Shown in pieces: positions 52,287 through 64,000 of a stretch of 64,000 bases of DNA; the stretch's first letter is position 1, and every line of letters begins with the position of its first letter. Location of the stretch: NCBI GenBank assembly GCA_050575255.1, contig JBNZDD010013673.1, positions 3,712,194 through 3,776,193 of the forward strand. The letters are read 5' to 3'. The DNA comes from Harriotta raleighana. Taxonomy: Eukaryota. A program made the position numbers and the translations under genes. Below the pieces are notes generated by a model that was given only the letters and a program-made list of their open reading frames with translations, was not told the origin of the DNA and ran no database searches.

Positions 52287-52655
52287 GTGGCTCGGTTGCT
52301 AGCACTCCCGTTTCAAGTCAGAACTTTGTGAGTTCAAGCCCCTTAACGAGACTTCGATCCTGATCTAGGCTGATATTTCAGTCCAGTGCTGGGGATATAC
52401 TATATTTTCGGAAATGTCATCCTTCAAATAATAAAACATTAAACCAAGATGTGTTTTGCCCATTCATGGATGTTAAAGATTTCACAGCACAAATCAAAAG
52501 GAGAAGGGAGTTTCTTCACAAATGTGATAATGATTTGGGAAAGTCTTAGCCAACCACCCCCAAATAAAATTGGTCATTCACTTTGTGCCTGTTTATGGAA
52601 CATTGCTGTGTGTAAATTGGCTCGCGTTTCAACTGCAAAATATACAGTCACTGCA
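52287..52655 (+). mobile_element. Old SacSINE1-like Deu SINE
   Basis: ggctcggttgctagcactc...agtcagaa...gttcaagcccc...tctaggctga head and tgctgtgtgtaaattggct core. Confidence 0.65.
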
Positions 52656-52667
52656 CTCATCCGAAGT

Positions 52668-52792
52668 ACAGCACACCCCCAGCACTGCATTGGAGTGTCA
52701 GCTCAGACTGTGAGTTCAAGTCCCAAAGTGGGATTTGAATCCCCAACTTTGTGACTCAGATGAAAGTCCTACCACTGAGCCAAGCGGACACA
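52668..52792 (-). mobile_element. Old SacSINE1-like head in opposite orientation
   Basis: cagcactgcattggagtgtcagc...tgactcaga...ctaccactgagcca. Confidence 0.7.
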
Positions 52793-53001
52793 CTTGTTGA
52801 AATTATAGACTCTTATAAAAGTTATTAAGGGTTGCTCATCCTCTTTGTAAAACCATATCCCAGAATAATTAGAAGGATAGACATTTGGGGACAAAACAAG
52901 TATTACAGTCCCATAAAAAGGCGATTGAGACTGAAGATTGATTTACATTTTGCTACTGTTAAAAGTATATTAACGATTATTCTTTTAATTCCTTTTGATA
53001 G

Positions 53002-53225
53002 CAAAGCTGCAGGCACGCCATCTCCCGTTTCACCCAAACTCTCTCCAGGCACCGCTGGAAACTATTCTTCTGGGGGGAATTCTTCCTCCAGCAGTTCTTC
53101 TGCCTCTGTCACAATTCCACAAAGGATCCATCAGATGGCGGCTAGTTATGTCCAAGTCACATCCAATTTTCTGTATGCCACTGAGGTGTGGGACCAAGCT
53201 GATCAGCTGGGGAAAGAAAACAAAG
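53002..53225 (+). CDS. AFF4: AFF4 exon 20
   Basis: [16 protein letters not shown]...[39 protein letters not shown]. Confidence 0.96.
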
Positions 53226-53660
53226 GTAGGTTATCTGAGGCAATGCCCAATGTTACGTTATAGTATTATGCTATTTTTAAAAATTCTCACCACTTATTTT
53301 GAATGTACTTTTTTTTAAGAAATCATTTGACTTTGATTCTCATAGGATACCACATTGGAAATTTAGTCTGTTATAAGGCACTTTTGTTTATAAAGGGCTG
53401 GGCTGGAGCGCAAGTCTGCCTGTAATCTGTGGTTACTAGAAATGTGTGCTTTCGATCATAATAATAATAATTTGGTCACTCAATCCCCAACTGTGAGCAA
53501 TTGGCTACCATGCTTCACCCACAAAATATACAGCCAATTCACTCTACAGTATATTCTGTGAAGCTCTTTTTGTTTTATTATTTACAATACTTCAGTAAAT
53601 TGACACAAGTCCAATACAGTTTAGGTTGCTTACTAAAACTATGCTTTGTTTTGTTTGTAG

Positions 53661-53788
53661 ACTTTTTTACTGAGCTGGATAGAGTGATGCACCCATTGAT
53701 ATTCAGCAGCAGCAGTATGACTGAGCTGGTACGCTACACCCGCCAGGGATTACATTGGCTTCGACTGGATGCTAACCTAATACCTTGA
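53661..53788 (+). CDS. AFF4: AFF4 exon 21, coding part to TGA
   Basis: (D)[41 protein letters not shown]. Confidence 0.96.
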
Positions 53789-56700
53789 GGAACTTGAAAA
53801 AGTTGGACTGGAGATCCGAAGACTCTTCCTGTTTCCTGCTGCCTCGAACACCTTTCACATCATTGTTGCTATATATATTTTTAAAGAAATTGCGCATAAA
53901 AACCTGACCTGGTTTTACAGAACAAAAGAAATTCTGAAAACTGTTACATTAGCGATGAAACCGTTTTTAAACCAGTGACTTATCTTGCTGATAAAATCCG
54001 TAGAACATACATTTTTAATACTTTTGTTACATTTCTTCGTAAATGCTTTCAATCGCCAGAGCTTCATCAAGCCTCTCCCAGAAAGAAGGCTCACAATCAT
54101 GTAAACTATGATCAGCGACATTTACACTAATGAAATAATCACAGCTTAGAAACCTATAAGCCAAGTTTACTGCATGAAATCGAGATGCACTTACATTTCA
54201 TAATAGTTCTGTACTCTCATTTCATATTCCCCTATGTGCCCAGTCCTTGTTCTAAGGATAATATTGGGAGTTTTCCTTCCTATGAATCTTGCTCAGTTTT
54301 CTCTGTCAAATCCGACATTAACACAGGGTATTTTATTTTTTAAATCAATTTAAAAAGAGACTGCATTAGGAAATTCCTCTCACTTTATATAACGCATGCT
54401 CAGAGCTCCATTTGTTTCTTGAATGCATGCTGCAGTCTACCTAGGAAGTTGACTTTGATTTACCAAAGTAGAAAAATGTGCACTGCTGGTTCTTTGTAGA
54501 TACAAAAACAGTAGTTGTGTTAACAGCCTTGCCCCAGTGATGTGACTTTCAAGTTCAGTTGATGCAACAGAATTGTGAATGGATTTTTATTGTCACACGT
54601 TGGAGAATACTTTGGGGCTATGATTTATGTCGGTACTTCACTGCATTTGCTTTTGAATGCCATGCGCTGGATAACTGAAGTGGTTCTGTCTGGCATAACA
54701 TTGTACAGAAGACATGCACCTTTGTACAGAAGATGTACAGCATTTATACTGTTGTAGCTGTTGTAACCCATCTGAGATGTTAGCCAAATGAATTGCAATG
54801 CTGCCTCCCCATCACCAGCACAGCTTAGCTGCTTTCATATATATTGGTTCCTCTACTCTGCTGGGCCTACAGTTTAATCAGTCTACTGTGTACATGCACA
54901 CAGGTGGACAGTGAAACGTCCATAGGCAATGCAATACCAGACCTGAATGAAATGTAATTGTTTGGGTAAGATAGACTGTATGTGCCTGAAATGTTTCTGG
55001 TGTAACAGCTGGTTGGAGATTTTGTAAATTATGGATGGTTTGAAGCATTTGTTTTTTTTCTAAGAGTGTTGGGATGTGACATGAAATACTTGGCATAAAA
55101 AGAACTTTTTAATGTGAATAATTGAATTCCTATATATTAAGTTGTAAAATCTGAAGAAGAAAAAACAGTACCAATGCAGCTCCAATTATTATGCATTATA
55201 AAATTATACAGCTGCTTTAAATGTCACTGATTTAGCAAAAACGTTTTTTAAAGTACTTTCACAAGTATAACCAGGTTAGCATTTCCTGAGTATTTTTGTT
55301 TAACCTCTTTCAGGGGTTGAATCTGCCACGTCAAACACATTGTGTGTGCCTTATACATCTGTATTCCCCCTCCTTGATATACATTTACAGTAGATTGCCA
55401 AGGTGCTACGTCAAGCGGTCATGCTGTTACTTTGAGGGGAAAAAAAGTGTTGTTTGTGTTTTAATTTCTAATCATGCCTTTGGGGTAAAATGTTAGCCAC
55501 TTTCTCCAGATGTCTGTGCCACACTATTTTAAATTGATTGCACTAGTGTAAGATTACAGGGTGGGGGAACAGACTGTTACCCTAGAATAAATTGAAATAT
55601 ATGGGGAGGGTGCAGTAAAACACTATTGAAATGAGTTCCAACATTTACAGCCAGTCGAACGGAGGAGAAGTGCAGCAACGTAAAGTGGGGAATACATTTA
55701 ATATAATTTTTTGTTTGTTTTCAGTGAAGAGATTGGTAGTGCAAGTATTTTTTTGTTTGTGACTCCAAAATATTTGCTGTTTGAACAGTTTGCTTTTTTT
55801 AAAAAAAACGAAAAATATTTACCTCCCAAGTAAACAGGAAGGCGCAGCGCTAAGTGGTGCCGTGACTAGCATTACAGTGGTTAGACTTTAACCAGCAAAC
55901 TTGTTCCATATAGTAAAGACATTTTGAAGAGGTTATTCTGTCTAGTCGACCATTCTCTATATTTTTTTATTTAGGAAGGGAGAGAGATGTGCTTTCAGTG
56001 GGTTTTGTTGCTGCTTTAAAGTATTGGGAAATTGATTCTGCTGAGTGCAGTCAAGGTGAGAAGTGACTTCAGGGGAACAATGAGCAGAGAACATTTCCAA
56101 ACTCTGCCCCTACAGACAACAGGAGTGGGATATTTTCTATCTAGCTGTATGTGGATAACTGGCCTACTTCTGGTCAAAATCGATAGGCCCGTGAGTTCAG
56201 AGTAAGATGCTTTTTTTATCCAACAAAAAAGATGGATTATGCGAGAGATTTTTTTAAGATTCAAATATTTTTATTGTCAATTCTTTGTAAATATTCCAAG
56301 AATTCCATGGGCCTTTTATTGTAGCTGATTGAAAACAGCTTAGAAAAGAGTAATACCTACCGTTTACCATACCTCATTGTCATTTCTTACTGCCAGAATC
56401 TCATTGAATTGTTGTTGACAGCAATGTTTGGAAAAGTTAGATCAAACAACTTCTGTACCTAGTGAGAAAGAGAGAGAGCCCAGAGAGAGAAAGTGACTCT
56501 CGTTCCAGCCTAACATACTGGCAAAAGTCATCCATTGTTGCGTTCTCCACTTTTCTTCTGTTCTTTTAAAAAAAGAAGTCATGTATTCAACCAGAGTAAG
56601 AAATAGCCATCGAACCACTTAATTAGCACAGTCTTCCTGTACAGCGATCACCAGAGAGATTCACAAACATTTGTCAGCCAGCCAGATTCCAAAATGGTTT

Positions 56701-58230
56701 CAGTCTTTACCGTTGTCGTTCTTGGGACTATAAATGTATGTGATGTTAATACTGAAAGTGTGTAATGATAGGTTTGTGTCTGATATGATGTCTGCCCTTA
56801 AAGTATCAAAAGTTTTAATGTAACGTGTATTTCTAATTATAAATGTTTTATTTGATAGAATTAACTGACCTTATAATATTTTATAGTATTTATTACTGTA
56901 GACAATGTCTAGGTCATGTAGACCTTTTAGCTCGCTGTTCCCATTTAATGCCTCCCTATGATTTATATTTTCATTTTCAGATTTTGAGGGTGAAGAAAAG
57001 ATATACCGGAGACCATTTCCTCCTCACTAGCTACACTTTTCTATGATTTCAGTCTGAAGCTACAGATGTTTATTGAAACACATTAAATATTCAAACAGAG
57101 TAATCTTATATAAGCAGAAAACGACAAGTTGCAGAAAAATAATCAAAAAGGGAAGTGATCATTTTACTCAAAATTGGGACATGTGATTTCCCCCTCCCTC
57201 CCCCCTCTTGTGGGTTTCCTTTGCTATGTGTTCCTGTCACATTATCTTGATGAGCAAAAATTGTCTGAATTTTGCAAGTGGCATTTTTGTTTAGTACCAA
57301 ATACCTTTCTGAAAATTAAATGTTATTTTTTACAACAGCTTTTCTCGTGCAAAACTTCAGTCAATCACTAGTTCAATAGCAACACATTATGCTGTTTGCT
57401 TTGGATTTTTTGTACCAGTCCTAAGACGAGAGGTTACTCAAAATCAGGGTGCTCGTGAAGTTCTTTGCAACTTATTGAATTCCCTCAACATAGTTGCCTG
57501 GATTTTCTGTGACCTATTTATATTGATGCAGTGTTATCCCTATTTATCAACTGTATTACTGAATACTGGTACAGCTTGTATAATTTAGCACATCTTACTC
57601 ACAAAAGGTACCTTTTTAAATAAAAAGGAATGGTCTATTTTTTAAATTTATAATGGTGTTTAAATGTGTTCCAAATAACTTGCTTTCTTATGATTTATAA
57701 CACTTGATTGCATTGGCTTATACAAATGGAGAGGTTTAGTTAACTCAAAGTGAAAGCTTTTATTAGCCTTGGATGAGGTTAACCTCTAACATAGTGCCAT
57801 CTTTTGCAATATACTGTACTTTGGCTCTTTACAAAGAGCGCTGCAGGGTCAAAATTGCCTCCTAAATGTTGGGGCAATTGAATCGGGAAATATTTGTAAA
57901 ATAATCTGTTTATGGCAAGTAAAGAGCATTGTATAACCAGATTTTGGGGCTTCTGTAAAAATATATATTTTCCATCATAATGGAAAAATGTTTTTAGCAA
58001 ATCTAGATTGTTGCAGTTCAGCTCTGTATTTTTCAACTTTAACCACAAGTTGCATATTTTTAAGGAAAATGGGATTCACGTATTTACTATGTGTATAAAA
58101 AAACCTCAAGATTCTTGTTAATTATTCTGTCATGAAAAGAAGTAGGTTTGCTTTGTATAATGCACAATTGTTAACTTTAGTGAACTTCCAGTGAGCTTTT
58201 TCTTTAATAAACTTTCCAAACAGTGAGTCA
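53789..58230 (+). other. AFF4: Putative long AFF4 3'UTR
   Basis: AT-rich with no recognisable SINE/LINE copies until about 58.59 kb; AATAAA at 55586, 57619 and 58206. Confidence 0.6.
58206..58211 (+). terminator. Candidate distal polyadenylation signal AATAAA
   Basis: Near the end of the repeat-free block, followed by a T-rich stretch at 58240-58248. Confidence 0.5.
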
Positions 58231-59464
58231 TTTAAATGATTTTTTTTTCATCCCAGCACCAATATGTCTAAACCCCTTACTTTTATCACTAATGAGCAAT
58301 TATTTTCACCAATACTATTCTGCCAACCAAGCAACTTTGGTTACCTTCCTCTTCATGTGTGAGCCTACATAGCGGGAATTGGGAGAGGACATAATCGTAA
58401 GAAGACATAGCTAAACCCAATCCCACCATATTTTGCTATCCAAATCAAGCTGTTGAGTTTGACTGGCTTTATTTTTCATTCTATCTTCACTTTTTCTCAA
58501 TCGTTCAGTGTTGCCTCCAGTGCTGTAACTTTTGTTTAGAATTTCAATTATTAAAATCCCTGTTGTATTGTGAAGGCTTACAACCAGCAATAATAATCCT
58601 TGTATTTGAGATGTGATAGGCACTATACAAGTGTAATTCTATTGTTCACGGAATATATTATGTGGGCGAAACATACTAAACCAGCTCAGTGCATACCACC
58701 CCGAATAATTTATTGCTGATTCACTGCAGTAATAAAGTAATTTAAACACACTGAGTGGTACAAGGAATAAATGCTGATTCATCAGGTGGAGTTGGTCAAC
58801 AACATGACGACTGAACTTCGAAACCAGTAGAGTGAACCTTGTTGATAAGATTTTTAAAAGTTTGCTCAGGGTGGGGTGTGGAATTTCTGAGATTACTCTA
58901 TAATTATTTTGTTCCTAATACAGTGATTCTCTCAACTCTTCTCACCCCTACCCTTTTCTCAGGTCCCGACGACCTGCCTGTTCAGCGCCTTGAGACGTCC
59001 TCCTGATATGAAAGACGCTCTATAAATGTAATTTGGGTTGATTCTCCACCATAGCAAATTTGAAACAATTTTTTGATCTAAATTACCTTCACAGAATTTT
59101 CACTGACTATTATTTGACAGGTAACAATATAAACTTACCCAGTGCCTTTCACATTGGGGAGTGGAGGGTAATGCCCCAAGAAGCTCAGTACTCTTGAGTT
59201 ACAAAAGAACTTGCATTTTTAAATACAACGATAATTTGGGCAATAAAGATCCACAAACTGCCTTTAGGTGAATGACTGATCTGACTGGGCACCCAGGAGA
59301 AACTCCCTTCTATTTGAAGAATTAGACGGACCAATGATTTCCTATTTTGTCTTGGTGGCTGGGATGGACAACAAGAAGAATGGACATTCCTATTGACTTC
59401 AATGTTAATTTTTACTATGTGGTGCATATTTAATAAAATAACTTTCTGAAAGACGAGAACTCGC

Positions 59465-59700
59465 ACAACAACAAAATTACACTTGTACAGCATCTTTCAC
59501 ATCAGGAAGACGTCCCAAGGTGCTGGATAGTCATTGTTTCAGACCCAAGCTGGCGAGGGTAGAGGGAAAGGAGGGGATTTGGGGTGACTAATGGGACAGT
59601 TGAAGAGGAGGGTCTTGAGGTGGGACTTGAAGGAAGCCAGGGAGGGGATGAGGCGGAGGCACTGCGGGATGGAGTTTCATAGGTTGGGCAGGTGGGTCGG
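59465..59700 (-). mobile_element. L2 3' fragment
   Basis: acaacaacaaaattacac...tcacatcaggaagacgtcccaagg...gaggcactgcgggatggagtt. Confidence 0.78.
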
Positions 59701-59941
59701 GGGACATGGAATGGCCGAAGCCTGATAAGTGGAGGGGGTGGGCAGGTGAAGAGGTCGTGGATGTTGGGTTTAACTGCTACAGGAGAATGCTCAGGAAATG
59801 AGAAATAATTAGTTTAAACCGTGATAGTTTTAATTAATTAATTAGTAATTAGTTGGAAGCCGCTCAGTCCACTCAATCTGCGCAGGCATCAATCATCAAA
59901 ACTCCACAAAAGTTCTTCAGCTCATACAACTGCTATTAAAA

Positions 59942-60225
59942 GCCCCCCCCCCCCCTGCCCCCTGACCTTTTGCCCTTTTTCTTCTTGCCTCTCTCCCTTT
60001 CCCCCCTTCCCTCCCTCTTCCCTCTTGCCCCCCTTTCTCCTTGGTTTCCCTCCCTCCACCTTGCCCCCCCTCTTCCCCCTTGCCACCATTTCTCCCTCCT
60101 TGTCCTCCTTGATTTCCCCCTTGTCTTCCTTTCTCCGTCCCTTTTCCTCCCTGATGTTACCCCACCCGCTTTTTCCTCCGTCTCCCCCCTTGTCCCTTTT
60201 TCCCCCTTTCTTCCCTGGCCCCATT
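59942..60225. repeat. Pyrimidine-rich low-complexity tract
   Basis: C/T-dominated sequence. Confidence 0.85.
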
Positions 60226-60231
60226 TCCGTG

Positions 60232-60560
60232 TGTGTTTGTGGGACACTGCTGTGTGCAATTTGGCTGCCGTGTTTCTCCCCAGCTATACACCTGGTTTTC
60301 CTTCTCTCTTCCTCCTACCCCAACCCCTCCCCTTGCCCTCTTTCCCCCTTTCATCCCTGGCCCTCTCCCTTCCATGACTGTTTGTGGGACACTGCTGTGC
60401 GCAATTTGGCTGCCGCGTTTCGCCCACAAATATACAGTCAGTATTTTCCTGCTTTTCTTCCCCCGACCCCTCCCCCCACTTGACTGTACAGCGCCTTGGG
60501 ACGTCCTCCTGACGTGAAAGGCGCTATATAAATATAATATACAAATAAATAAATAAATAA
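60232..60560 (+). mobile_element. Deu-core SINE with alternative L2 tail (two tandem cores)
   Basis: tgtttgtgggacactgctgtg(t/c)gcaatttggctgccg twice; cagcgccttgggacgtcctcctgacgtgaaaggcgctatataaat; (AAAT)n. Confidence 0.8.
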
Positions 60561-60996
60561 ATTTGTTGACTCAAATTCCTCTGTTAATACTCAGCCAGGC
60601 TGTGTGTTACATCGTGTAATAAACAGCCAGTCAAAAGTCATTGGAAAAATTGGGTGGTGGAGTTGTAAATCCAAATTGTTCATTTGTTTAATTCACTGAG
60701 TCAGGAGTGTGTGGGTGTGGGCTCTGTGACACTTCATCCACCTGGGGAATTCCAGTTCCGAACCCATTTCCTACAACAGCCACAAGGCCGTGTTCGCCCA
60801 CAGAAGCCAGTTAATTGTATTTGATGATGTATCCTGTGAAGTGGTTTGCGATGTCGTCCTGATGTGAAAGGTACTATACCAAATAGCAAGGATCATCATA
60901 TTGAAGTGAACGAGCAATTTTATCTGGTGGCTTGTTAGCCACAACACTCACAGCAGAAAATCCCTCCTACTTTCGAATTGTGCCACAGGATGACAG

Positions 60997-61024
60997 TTGT
61001 GTGTGTGTGTGTGTGTGTGTGTGT
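60997..61024. repeat. (GT)n microsatellite
   Basis: Direct inspection. Confidence 0.9.
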
Positions 61025-61791
61025 TTCCCTCAGGCTCCTACACAAAACATGTTTAACCAAAGTCAGACCAGTTCCTGGCAGTCATAAAGCTTGTTACAAT
61101 TTAGTCACTGTCGAACCAGTTTCAATTAGGACTGTGTTTCATCCACAGTCGATTCATTTTTCAATCAGGGCCTGACGTGAAAGGCGCTCTCTCTATAAAT
61201 GTAAATGTCATTTTTGTGATGGTGGTTGTATTTTACAGCACATTCTGTAAAGCGCTTTGAGGCGTCTCAACATTGTGACAAAATGCTATATCAAATGGAA
61301 AGCTTATTATAAGAGCCAGAAAGTGACTTGGGCTTTTGAGACAGTATCTGGACTTCATTTTGCCTGCAATTACACAGTGTGTGCACTTTACAATAAATCT
61401 TGTAAAACCTTGGGAGACATCTTCCGGATGTGAAAGGTAGTATAACAAATACGCTACAAGGATTATTTCTATTTGCACCAATGCACCAAAAGTGAAAGAA
61501 CTCGATGCTCAATTAATTGTAGTAAATGATGATGGCAAGTATCATTCTTGTAATGCCGGTAATGGTTTTGGAAACGCTCACCGCCCAGTTTGCAGGATGT
61601 ACTATATATTTGGCAGTGTCATGAAGTGTGGTTTGAAACCGATTGTTTCAGCAGTTCTGATGTGGCTTCACTGAATCAGTCAGCGCCAAACTTAATTGGT
61701 GGGTAGGTCTTTCACCTATGAGTCAGAAAGTTTGAGTTCACGCCCCATGTCACGGCATTGACTAGGCTATAATAATACCAATATTGCTTAC

Positions 61792-61930
61792 ACAAAACAC
61801 AAAATAACACAGATGCTGGGAATCTGAAACAAAAACAGAAGGTGCTGGGGAAATTCAGCAGCTCAAGCAGCATCCAAGGAGAAAGGAAAGCGAGTCAACA
61901 TTTTGGGTCCACAGCCCTTCATCGGAACGT
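61792..61930 (-). mobile_element. Penelope-like element terminal remnant with degenerate hammerhead
   Basis: cagatgctgggaatctgaaacaaaaacagaaggtgctgg...cagcagctcaagcagcatc; reverse strand ccgatga-agggc..gaccc-aaaa; family assignment from recall. Confidence 0.55.
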
Positions 61931-61939
61931 CATTGATAA

Positions 61940-62666
61940 TTACTTACATTTGGTATACCGCCTTTCATATCAGAAGAATTAATCAAAGTGCTTCACAGGA
62001 TGTGCTATGAAGTGTAGTGACTATTTTGTGGGCAGTCGAAGCAGACAATTTGCACGTACCAATGTCTCACAAACAATCATGGTCAGGGCACCAGAGGACA
62101 CTGCCTTCTCTTTTGTAATATTAATAATTATAATAATCCTTGCATTTGATGTAGCACTTTTCACATCTTATCAAGATCCCAAAGCGCTTCACAGAATATA
62201 CTGTAAAGTTAATTGACTGTATATTTGTGGGCGGAACGCGGCAGCCAATTGCGTACAGCAGTGTCCCACAAACAGTCGTGGATTGAAATGATCAATTTTA
62301 TTATTGTGGTTTTTTTGGACGGATTAATATTAGGCAGGTGAAGTAAGGAAACTTGCCCAAGGTTTCGCCCTGATCTGCCTGGATTCGAACACAGGTCTAA
62401 TGCTTGTAAGGCGAGTGCTCTAACCCCTGAGCCACAGGAGCTCCACAATGCGATGGGATCTTTAAAGTGCACTTGAACCAGCAGACAGGACCTCGATTTA
62501 ACATCTCATCTGAAGGACAGCACCTCCAACAACGAAGAACGCTTTCTACCCCTGCAGTGAGAGTGTCAGCTTAGATTGTATGAGTTCAAAACTTTGGTGG
62601 GACGCTTGAACACACAACCTTTGTGCTCAGAGGAGAGAGTACAGACAACGGAGTCGAGCTGACACT
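61940..62666 (-). mobile_element. Old SacSINE1-like element split by a younger SINE
   Basis: Deu/tail part 61940-62112 and head part 62452-62666 (tttaacatctcatctgaaggacagcacctcc...gtgtcagcttagatt...ctcagaggagagagt). Confidence 0.7.
62120..62444 (-). mobile_element. Full-length young tRNA-derived Deu-domain SINE
   Basis: Reverse complement ggagctcctgtggctcaggggttagagcactcgccttacaag...gttcgaatcc head, Deu core, (ATT)n tail. Confidence 0.88.
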
Positions 62667-63759
62667 TCAGTGCAAATAAAATCCCTTCACAGTTATTTGT
62701 GGGATATTGTTGTGCTCACATTGGCTGCTGCATTCACCTAAAAATACACAGTCTCTACTCTCTGGTTAGAAAACCCATGAAGTATTTTGAGATATCGTAA
62801 AGTGCTAAATCAAATGTGGATTATTATTGGTTGGTAATGAAGGGTTTCATGTTAGCGACATGCTTTATATCTCCTGGCTGTCTCTATGGACAGTATGTCC
62901 AGTGTGAAAGCATGCCCTATGCCTCTGAATCCATCATCTAAGCCAAAATGTCTACAGTCATTTCACTCATTGAATAGATTTTTAAGAATGGTACAAGATC
63001 GCCCCCTAGTGTTAATATAGCTCCTTTGCTGCAACAAGTAACTTCATTTTTGGAAACAGCAAGGCTTAAATTAATTAAAGATCAGATGCCCTCAAGCCAT
63101 GAGGCGAAAGCTAGTAATATCATCTGGAGATTAAATTACAGCACAACTGCTTACTGACCTGACCATCTTTATTGTTTTATATAATCCTCAATAAAATGCA
63201 GACAATGGAAAAATGACATAAAACAGAGCTAGCGTTTGACATTGATTTCCGATGTCGATGTTATGGTCATTCAACAAGACAGAACACAATCTATTCATGA
63301 GGGAGTTAAGAAGTGGGAATGATTGCAATTTAAGCATGTTGATTCTTATTTTCCTCTGGTTTAACTAACGCTTTTGTCCCAGTAATGATTTGATCATGGG
63401 TTTGATTTCCCTGCAGAGTTTCACAAAGTCCATTACAATATACAACATCCACAGTTGGTGCACGTTGGATCGAAGGCGAGACTCTGTAAATCAAGAGAAT
63501 CACAAGGCAGCAAAGGGCAAAAACAAATTGTTTATATAAAGGCAAAGCACAGTCCCACGCAAATAATTCCCAGACGTGTGTGTATCTGGGATGTCGCACT
63601 GACAATCTCTTAAGGGGCAGTGCTAACATTCAAATTTGCCCCCAAATCTTATCTGATGACACAATTGTACCACAGTTTAGAAGCCAGAGACTTCACTGAA
63701 GATTCATAGTGGGTTTTCCTTATCTACAGCGATGGAAGAAACCTGGAAGTAGGACTTCA

Positions 63760-63990
63760 GGAAAAGGGGGCATAATCTTAAACTTAAGAGTTTGGGAGTG
63801 AAGCCAGGGAGGATATTTGTTCACACAAAGAGTAGTGGAAATCTGGAACCCTCTTCCCCCAAAAGCTTGTGGGTGCCGGATCCATTCCAATTTTCAAGAC
63901 TGAGGTGGATAGATTTTTGTTAGGTCAGGGTATCAGGATGTGGGGCAAAGTCAGGCAATTTGATTTGAGATACTGAACAGGCACAATCCA
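63760..63990 (+). mobile_element. Decayed CR1 3' fragment
   Basis: ttcacacaaagagtagtggaaatctggaac...ttcaagactgaggtggatagattttt. Confidence 0.7.
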
Positions 63991-64000
63991 TTGCCTGTTG

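Noticed and set aside
59922-60517. Overlapping 90-150 aa ORFs
   Set aside because: Low-complexity and SINE-derived sequence
58300-64000. LEAP2 or another neighbour expected from human synteny
   Set aside because: No MTPFWR/cysteine-pattern exon found by eye; the 63330-63629 ORF has no recognisable homology. tblastn would be needed to exclude it

Overview
Vertebrate genomic DNA from a draft assembly with N gaps. The repeat content (tRNA/Deu-domain SINEs with L2 tails, L2 and CR1 LINEs, Penelope-like remnants) suggests a cartilaginous fish, plausibly a chimaera; this is inference. The window holds one complete + strand gene, AFF4 (super elongation complex scaffold). It has a CpG-island promoter and putative non-coding exon 1 at about 3.96-4.57 kb, and 20 coding exons that I spliced by hand into one open frame (22192..53788, 3498 nt, 1165 aa using the proximal exon-2 donor). 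A repeat-poor 3'UTR of about 4.4 kb follows. Exon numbering follows my recollection of human AFF4. The most notable points are a candidate upstream coding exon adding MASQTGN, a candidate 27-nt in-frame microexon, a candidate poison exon, uORFs and tandem ZNF143/E-box modules at the promoter, nested transposons with TA target duplications, and a degenerate Penelope-type hammerhead. A 1283-bp exact duplication across exon 11 is most likely an assembly artefact. I found no evidence of a wholly new multi-gene system.
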